Assembly: GCF_032191835.1 (NCBI RefSeq)
Contig: NC_083241.1
Coordinates: 36,022,001-36,086,000, forward strand
DNA length: 64,000 nucleotides
Direction: 5' to 3'
DNA from: Heteronotia binoei
Lineage: Eukaryota
In this document: one piece after another, positions 13,373-22,188 of the stretch
How the letters are laid out: each line of letters starts with the position of its first letter
How positions within the stretch are numbered: position 1 is the first letter of the stretch
Translations under genes and position numbers: made by a program
The notes under the pieces: generated by a model
What the model was told of the DNA's origin: nothing
What the model saw: only the letters and a program-made list of their open reading frames with translations
Databases searched by the model: none

Positions 13373-13869
13373 CAGGGGTGGCCAAACTTGCTTAACATAA
13401 GAGCCACATAGAATAAACAGATGTTTGAGAGCCGCTAGGCAGGGCTCTTTCACACATATTGTGTGGCTCTTGAAGCCCCCACCACCCTGTCAGCTGGCTT
13501 GGAAAAGGCATTTCTGTCTTTAAATCACTTATTTTAGTTGGGTTGGAAAATGCATNNNNNNNNNNNNNNNNNNNNNNNNNNNNNNNNNNNNNNNNNNNNN
13601 NNNNNNNNNNNNNNNNNNNNNNNNNNNNNNNNNNNNNNNNNNNNNNNNNNNNNNNNNNNNNNNNNNNNNNNNNNNNNNNNNNNNNNNNNNNNNNNNNNNN
13701 NNNNNNNNNNNNNNNNNNNNNNNNNNNNNNNNNNNNNNNNNNNNNNNNNNNNNNNNNNNNNNNNNCTCACTCCCTCCACTGAAACATCTGATGTTCATGT
13801 CTTCCAGCTATCAAACATCTGATGTTTATTCTATGTGGCTCTTGTGTTAAGCAAGTTTGGCCACCCCTG
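13373..13869. mobile_element. hAT MITE spanning N-gap 13556-13765
   Basis: TIRs CAGGGGTGGCCAAACTTGCTTAAC / GTTAAGCAAGTTTGGCCACCCCTG. Confidence 0.8.
13556..13765. other. assembly gap (N-run)
   Basis: 210 N. Confidence 0.98.
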
Positions 13870-15672
13870 GACTAGGGAAACCTGAGTTCAGTCCCCTGTT
13901 GGTCACTGGGTGATGATGAGCTGCTCACGTTTTCAGACAAACCTACTTTGCAGGCTTGCTGTGAGGATAAAGTGAAGAGGGGAGAACTGTGTAGGCTGTT
14001 CTGAGTTACGTGGGGGAAGAGAAATAAAAATGTCATGGCTATCCAAGAGAAAAGGATTGAAAGGTGTTGTTCTGTTTTATTTCTGTCCTGTCCTTCCCGC
14101 AAGTGGGCTCAGGGTGGGTTACAACATAAAATTCACAGCAATAAAACTTGCTGCAAAAAACTTTTAACCCTTAGAACAATATGACAGTCTGAAGAATCAT
14201 TTCACAGTGTTGCAGCACTGTATAACAAAGAAAAGAGAGTCCAGAGCCTTTAAAAATTCTCTGATGGTACAGACCAGAGTAGCATCATAGTCCAACAACC
14301 CAACAATTTACAGCAAATTGTGGGAGCAGAAAGTAGGGGTTTGTACAGGATATTGTATTGGTTGGGGAAAGAGTAGGCCTCTCTGTCGACAGTCAGAAGA
14401 GAGAGTTGGAACTCAGGGCTCTGGAATGGGAAAATTGCATATCATCAATCAGATTATTTTTAAAATGTTCTGCTTTCAATTCCACCTTTTCTTTCATATT
14501 ACACAGAATATAGTGTAAGACCTGGGCTGTGAGTTCTGCTGGGGGAAGGATAACTCTCTCTCTTTTCTTTAAAAAAAAATGGAAATGCAAATATTTGTGT
14601 TGCGTAACTGACCCCAGGGGCAGAGTTTGGAAGCAAGTCTAAACAAACAAACCACCAGGCTTCATTCCGGAACTTTGAAAATGCATTCCCATAAAAAGTG
14701 ATCTCCTGTGCTTGTGTTTTCCCCTCTTCCCCCTCGGGGTGAACATGCAGAGGTTGTGCCAGAACTAGACCTCAAGATTCCAGTCCTAAAATTCATGGCA
14801 ACAGAACAAATCCACACGCTGAGGTTCCTTAACTTCCAAGAAACTAAACGAGAAGCACAGTGATGCCTGCTATCCTAACATTAACCCTGTTCCACTTCCA
14901 GGTGTGAAGGGAACGCTGTTCTTCGCCGGAAACCTGCTCGTCTGGTAAATTAAAGAGCCGCATGGTGCTTGACAAAAACTTGCAATGAGCCTCAAAAGCA
15001 TTCCACTTTAGATCGAAAGAGGGCGGATACATCTAGTGAATTAATGGGAGTCTTCTGCAGCTTTAGGTGAGATGCCCAAATCCAAGGTTACCGCTATACT
15101 GCAAAGGTACAGTAACCTATGCTTCTCAGTGGAGTTGGGTCTACGGGGATTGGCAATACTGGATTTTGTTTTTTGATCCTTTAAAGTTACTTCTCATTTG
15201 TGATGTCTAAAACTTGACTGACAGCATCCTTTTCTGACTAGCTTTTTTCTTTTTCCAAAGAGCAGCGGATGCCTTTCAGACAACAAAGCTAACTCGTGGT
15301 GGAAATGCTTTTCACCCATCCTTGCTCTTAATGTTTGAACTGGACCTTGCTACCTTATTTTTGTGGTGTCTGTAGTCCTTAGGAGTAATAATTAATGTGT
15401 ACTCCCATTTATCTTCTCATCTACAGCTTGCTGTAGTTGATATAAGAGTCGCTTTGGAGTATTCTTTTCTTTTCTTGTAAATGTCTATTATTTGTAAACC
15501 CCTGACCCGCGTGGCCCAGGCTGGCCTGATCTTATCAGATCTCAGAAGGTCAGCCCGGGTTAGTACTTGGGTGGGAGACCACCAAGGAAGTCCAGGGCTG
15601 TTATTGAGAGGTAACCAATGGCAAACCACCTCTGAGGATCTTTTGCCTTGAAAACCTTACGTCAGCTGTGAC

Positions 15673-16004
15673 CAGGACTTTTTTGGTAGAAAAAGCCCAG
15701 CAGGAACTCATTTGCATATTAGACCACACCCTGATGTCACCATTGTTTCACATAGGGCAGGGATGGCCAATGGTAGCTCTCCAGATGTTTTTTTTGCCTA
15801 CAACTCCCATCAACCCCAGCCAGCTTGGCCAATGGCTGGGGCTGATGGGAGTTGTAGGTAAAAACATCTGGAGAGCTACCATTGGCCACCCCTGACATAG
15901 GGCTTTGTTGTAGAAAAAGCCCAGCAGGAATTCATTTGCATATTAGGCCACACCCCTGACACCAAGCCAGCCGGAACTGCGTTTCTGCTTTAAAAAAAGC
16001 CCTG
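15673..16004. mobile_element. hAT MITE (TSD GCTGTGAC) containing a second palindromic hAT MITE 15758-15894 (TSD ACATAGGG)
   Basis: Both 8-bp TSDs are perfect (15665-72/16005-12 and 15750-57/15895-902). Confidence 0.9.
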
Positions 16005-16194
16005 GCTGTGACTCAGCAGCACTTTCCACTGATATTATATGCAAATATAAATTGTCCTATATACCCATGGGTGCAATTGTTCTTGGAGGTCCTGCAGATT
16101 TTTGTTTTCTTGTTAACGTCTTTGGATCATGGGATGGCTTTATCCTCACAGAGCTAACCTATTTCCGTTTTCTTTCTGAATGGGCAGATAGGAG

Positions 16195-16600
16195 TAGGGT
16201 TGCCAGGTCCTAATCAAGAAATACCTGGGGACTTTAGGGGTGGAGCCAGGAGACTTTGTGATAAGTGTGATTGAACTCGGAGGGAAGTTCTGGCCATCGC
16301 ATTTTATATGCTTTTCTTTCATTGGATATAATGGAGGATGGAGGCACCTTCTTTGAGGCTCATAGAATTGGACCTCCTGGTCCAATCGTTTTGAAACTTG
16401 GGGAGGCACCAGATGCTAAGCTGAAAATATGGTGCCTCTACCTCAAGAAAACAGCGCCCCCCTCAGAGCCCCAGAAACCCATGGATCAATTCTCCATTAT
16501 ATCTTATAGGAACCGGTCTCCATATGTAATGGAGTGCCCAGCTGACATTTCCCTCTCCCCCACACACTTTATGATCCTCTGCCCCCAACTGGGGGATTAT
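16195..16600. mobile_element. hAT Blackjack-like MITE, right TIR lost
   Basis: TAGGGTTGCCA start; colinear with 9081-9576. Confidence 0.75.
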
Positions 16601-17007
16601 ATATGTAAACAACCAATAGATCTTCTTCGTGGTCTCTGTGCATCACACTGATGGGAGAAGGCGCCGGCGCCGATCACGATCGGTAACTTCAAAGCCACGG
16701 ATTTCCACGCCCCCGTCCTGGTGTGCATGCGCAGGCACACACACACACACACCCCCCCACGCGCATGCTCACCGGGACAGGAGCGGACATCCCGCCAGTT
16801 CTCTGAGATCAGTCAATCTTCGCTACGGTTGGTGGATTTCTTCATAGCGTTCGTTGGATTTCCAGAGAGGAATTTCTAGAGACTTTGACTTGCTATTACA
16901 TCGTCCGTGAGTGGGGAGAAAAAGGGCGTTCGTTATTTTTCCAACTTCCAGTTTCCCTTCCCTTTCCCCCCCACCTCCTCTCCCCCTCACCCCCGCGCTT
17001 TCCGCGC

Positions 17008-19275
17008 ATGGAAAAGCGCTGGGGATTTTTCAAACGGTGCAGGAAGTGTGGCAGCAAAATCGCACCTCCGGACGGCCACACCCTGTGCCTGCTTTGCCTG
17101 GAAGAGACGCACAAGTCAGACTCTTGCGCCCACTGCGCTAAGTTTTCCAGGCAAACGAGGAAAAATCGAGCGGCTCGTCTTGCCGCAGCCTTGATGGAAC
17201 AAGCGCTGTCCCCTCGCAAAATGGCGGCTTCATCGGAGAGCGTGCCAAAATCTTCGATGTCGGTGGTCGATACCGACAAGACCTCCTCCGACGCCGATAT
17301 GCCCCTAAAAAGACCGGGCTCGGCTTCAACGTCGGATACCTCTACACCAGCAAAGAGGTCCAAGGAAGTTAAGGGAGCTTCTTCGGAGCCGAAGAAGAAG
17401 GCGGATAAGCTGAAACATTGCAAAACCGCTCTTCGCTCCTCTCCAAAGTCTCCGCCGCACCCGACAGCGCTGGTTGTTCCACCTTTAAAGCTGTTTGCTT
17501 CTCCACGCCATCGACCGAGCCCACCGATGCTAGAGTCGATGTCGACGCAAATCGCAATCTCGTCCAGACTCCGACCGCGATTTAGAAGCAGCACAACGGT
17601 CAGGAAGAGAGGACAGTCCTGCAGACCTTATACAGGTAGAGGACGGCTCTCGGGATCGGTCCGACAGAGCCCAGCGGGACCGATCTCGGAGTCCTTATAG
17701 AGTTCCCCCCTCAATCTGAGACGTGAGCCAGTGAAAAGCGATCGCTCTAAAAGCTCGCAGCGGGACCAGTCTTGGAGCCCTCGACATCGACGAGATTTCC
17801 GGGTATCGAGAGACAGATCCCCAGATGACTGCTCCCCCAGAAGACATCGGGAGAACTCCCCATTGCAGAGGGCACCACCACCACTGCCATGGGATCAACG
17901 CCGATGGCAATATCTGTATGGATCATGTCCAATGCCATCGGTGTTTCCATGGTTTCCCCCACGCCAGACGGAGTGGGATCAGCGCTCGGAAGCGTCCTAT
18001 CGATCTAGGACATCCTACCGGCCTCAGAAGCACACCCCGTCGGCATCGATGTCAAAGCCTCCGACAGAGGAACCCCACAAGAAAAAGAAGTCCCCACGCC
18101 CTCCAGTCCAGGAGGTCACAACCCCCGATCCTGGTCGGGATAGAACATCTCAACCTTCTGAACAATCAGAATCCCCAGTAGGCTCCCCGGGGTCGACAGA
18201 AGGGTCAATACCGGAAGAACAAGGGGTGCTATCGTCTCCGGAGGAGCAATCACCATCCAACAAAGTGGGTGAGGATCAACCTATCTCCCCCTCGGAGGAC
18301 TTAAAATCATATGGGGACCTGATAAAGAGAATGGCACAGTCCCTGTCTCTTACAACGGTACAGCCTCAACCTATCATCACGGACAGCGTGTTCGACATAG
18401 TACAGAGGGACACATCAACAGCGGTCGCCTTCCCCCTGACAACGGTACTACTGCACACGGCAAAGGCGTCGTGGGACAAGCCTGCGTCCACACCTATATC
18501 CTCACGCAGGCTTGATCACATGTACCGTATACAAGAATCTACAGCGGACTTCCTTTTTAATCACCCCAAGCCAAACTCAGTAGTGGTAGCATCATCATTG
18601 AAAGCGAGGAAAACCCATGCTACCCCCCCAGACAAGGAAGGCAAGAAACTTGACAGTTTGGGACGACGGGTGTACTCGGCGGGTGCACTGGGGCTGAAGG
18701 TGGCGAACTACGCTGCATGTATGGGGCGATATCAATACGCCTTATGGGACCAACTGTCCACATTGCTACCAGGACTTCCGGAGCAGACTAAGAATGCCAT
18801 CCGGAAGATTCAGAATGAGGGCATGGCATTAGCCAAACAACAGTTGAACTCCGCGAAACATGCTGGCGACATTGGCGCAAAAACCCTCACGACAGCTGTC
18901 ACACTGAGGAGACATTCATGGCTCAGATCTACAGCGTTGCAAGCTGACACCCAGGCATACGTTGAGGATTTGCCATTTGATGGTAAAGGGCTGTTCAGTG
19001 CCAATACCGATACAGTATTGCAAGAAATGGATAAAAGCATCAGAACCTCCAGGAACTTGGGAGTTCCAGCCTCGTCCTGGCAGCAGAGCAAGCGACCATG
19101 GTCAAGACCTTGGATTAAAAAGCCATTCCCGAAGCAGTCAGGGGAACAACAACGGAGGCCCAAAACTGGGGCTCCCTTTGCTAAGAGCCAGTACAGCACT
19201 AAGTCCAAATACTCCCCGACCTCTTCGCAGTCATCTCGCCAGAAGGGAAACAGGCAACCCAAGCAGGGCCTTTGA
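17008..19275 (+). pseudogene. DIRS copy A ORF1 (gag-like): N-terminal Cys/His finger, low-complexity linker, conserved C-terminal domain
   Basis: ATG at 17008 (MEKRWGFFKRCRKC). ORFs 16885-17700 and 17731-19275 are in the same frame, separated by a TAG at 17698-17700 (single stop or compensating frameshifts). Ends KQGL*. Confidence 0.85.
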
Positions 19276-21172
19276 CTGTCCTTCCCCATATTTCTCCCTC
19301 CCCTCCTGTCCTTCGGACCGTACCCGGCTATGGCCTTTCTACCAGGCGTGGTCCACAAAAACAACAGATGAGTGGGTGTTATCGATAGTCCGGGTGGGCT
19401 ACCTGATAGAGTTTCAACAGGAACCAGAGGTTCCAACATTCGTCTACACAACCCCGTCACCAACGCTCCAAGAGGAGGTGAACGCCTTGCTCTGGAAAGA
19501 GGCCATAGAACTGGTCCCGTCGGACCAATTGAGACTGGGTTTCTGTTCCTGTTACTTTGCGATCCCAAAGAGGGATGGAGGCCTGCGTCCCATCATGGAC
19601 CTTCGGGGTCTCAACTTCTACATACCACATCAAAAGTTCCGAATGACTTCCTTGCCCAACATACTTCCGTTGCTGAATCCAGGAGATTGGATGGCCACCC
19701 TAGACCTGCAGGATGCTTATTTTCATATAAGCATCCATCCATCCCACAGAAAATTTCTCCGGTTCGCCATCGGGACTATGCACTATTAGTACAGAGCCCT
19801 GCCCTTCGGCCTGTCTACAGCCCCCAGGGTGTTTACAAAGACAATGGTAGTGGTGGCGGCTCATCTCAGATTACAGGGCATAGCGATATACCCATACATC
19901 AACAACTGGCTGCTGGTGGCCAAGTCAGAGGCCAGGCTCCTACAGCATATTTCCGCTACCCTGACCCTTCTGCAGAAGTTGGGGTTACAGGTGAACACAA
20001 AGAAATCTTGTCTACAGCCCTCTCAAAGAGTTCAGTTTATCGGGGCGATCTTGGACACGCAGGTGTGCAGGGCGTTTCTACCCGAGAAGCGGGCAAAGGA
20101 CATTATAGACCTGATACAGGTATTTCAGAGAAACCACACGGTCACCGCTCTTCAGGTGCAGCGTCTACTGGGCTTGATGGCATCCACGACAGCGGTGCTA
20201 GTCTTTGCCAGGTTCCACATGAGGAGCCTTCAGTTGTGGTTCATGAAGCACTTCAGGTGTGGGGAGGACTCCCCTCTACGCAGATTCTCCATTCCAAGGG
20301 AGGTTTTAGTGACTCTTCGGTGGTGGCAGCACAAGCGCAACCTACTAGAGGGAGCGCCGTTCTACAGGGCACGCCCAACAATAACCTTGACCTCGGACGC
20401 GTCCCTGTGGGGATGGGGCGCGCATGTGGATGGACTATGTGTGGGCGACAGATGGCCCAAGGACCACCTACAGTACCATATCAACTTCCTGAAGCTTCTA
20501 GCGATTCATCACGCTATTATTTCCTTCAGGCCGTTGCTAGCAGATCAGACAGTGGCGATTCTGACGGACAACACCACAGCACTGGCCTACATAAACAGGC
20601 AGGGGGGCACGGTGTCCCGGAAGCTCTGTTTTCTAGCGTTACGCATTTGGGAGATCTGCAGAGAGATGAGCACGTATCTGACAGCGGCTCATCTTCCGGG
20701 CGAACAAAACGTGTGTGCGGACTTTCTCAGTCGGAGAGGGGCGTCCCTACACGAATGGGAGCTCAATTGGAGTTTCCTTCAACCGGTCTTTCAGGAGTGG
20801 GGGACGCCGGAGATAGACGTCTTCGCCACCCACGAAAACAGGAAGTGCAGAAGATTCTGTTGCCGAGGGGGGAGAGATCCACTGTCACTGGGGGACGGCC
20901 TCCTGCTCCAGTGGGACCGTCGTCACGTGTACCTGTTTCCCCCAATCCCACTAATCACGCGGGTAGTACAAAAACTATACAGGGAACGCCCGAGAGGGAT
21001 TCTGGTCACCCCATGGTGGCCCAGGCAACACTGGTTTGCCCCCGTTCTGCAGCTGTCCGAGGGCATCTTTCACCACTTTCCCTCAGTGCCGGACTTACTG
21101 TTCTCCCAACAGGGACTAATAGTCCACCACGATGTTCCACACCTAAAACTGACGGCGTGGAGGATCAGGTGA
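19271..21172 (+). pseudogene. DIRS copy A pol: reverse transcriptase, RNase H, adenine-methyltransferase-like domain
   Basis: RT motifs KRDGGLRPIMDLR, LDLQDAYFH and YRALPFGLSTAPRVFTK; RNase H motifs TSDASLWGWG and TDNTT; MT motifs DVFAT and YLFPP. One in-frame TAG at 19787-19789, and YxDD reads YINN. Confidence 0.92.
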
Positions 21173-22188
21173 ACCCGCTGTCGGCAAGGGTTCAGCATGT
21201 TATCCTTAACTGTAGAAGGAAGTCTACGAGAAAATCGCATGCCTATAAGTGGACACAGTTTGTTCAGTTCACCTCTGGTGGCGGGGGGGACCCGGCGAAA
21301 ATGGGCCTCCCCAGCATTCTCGACTTTTTGCTCTCCTTGCTAGACAAGGGATTGGCAATATCCTCCATTAGGGTTTACTTGGCCATCTCAGCCAACCATG
21401 AACATATCGAAGGCCGATTGGTGTTTGCGCACCCCACCACAAAGAGTTTTCTGCGGGGCTTGGCGCGGCTGTACCCCTCTGTTAGGGACCCTACTCCGTC
21501 TTGGGATTTACCGGGGGTCTTGGAGGCCCTCATGGGGAAACCCTTTGAGCCTATGGCCTCGTGCTTCTTGCAGTTATTATTGTGGAAGACGGCGTTCCTG
21601 GTGGCTATTACCTCAGCATGGAGGGTTGGGGAGCTGGCGGCATTGTGATGTGATGACCCCTACCTTCGTTTCTGGCCAGAGGGTGTGTGGTTGCGCCCAG
21701 ATGTGACTTCCTTGCCCAAAGTGGTGTCCTCCTTCCACTTGAACAGAGAAATTTGTTTGCCAGTCTATTTCCCGAACCCGGCTACGGATTCGGAAAGGCG
21801 GCTTCATGCTCTAGACGTAAAGCGGGCACTCTCCTTTTACTTACACAGAGTGGGGCCCTCGCGGAAGGACCCTAGGCTTTTCGTCTCCTACGCCTCTGCC
21901 TCTTTGGGGCAGAGAATCTCGTCGCAGAGACTATCGAAATGGTTGACAGAGACGATTAGGCTGTGTTATCTACTGCGGAAGCGGCCTCTTCCAGGGCCTA
22001 TTAAAGCGCACTCCACAAGGGCAATGGCGACCTCAGCTGCATTCATGAAGGGAGTGCCATTGCGAGACATTTGTAAAGCAGCTACCTGGTCCTCCCCGCA
22101 TACGTTCATTAAGCATTATGCGTTGGACCTTCACTGGAGGCATAGTTCGTCTGTGGGCCATGCAGTTCTGCAGTCGCTCACCTGTTGA
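19372..22188 (+). pseudogene. DIRS copy A ORF3: long frame overlapping pol, ending in the tyrosine recombinase (domain ~21170-22188)
   Basis: ORFs 19372-21648 and 21685-22188 are in frame across a single TGA at 21646-21648. YR motifs: SAWRVGEL, AHSTRAM, ATW, KHY. Confidence 0.9.

Noticed and set aside
13529-13822. ORFs spanning the N-run
   Set aside because: Artefacts of undetermined bases.
16896-19568. Long antisense ORFs in the DIRS elements (16896-17594, 18810-19568; also 43475-43960, 44009-44401)
   Set aside because: They are not at consistent homologous positions in the two copies and show no motifs. They are explained as shadows of GC-rich coding sequence.
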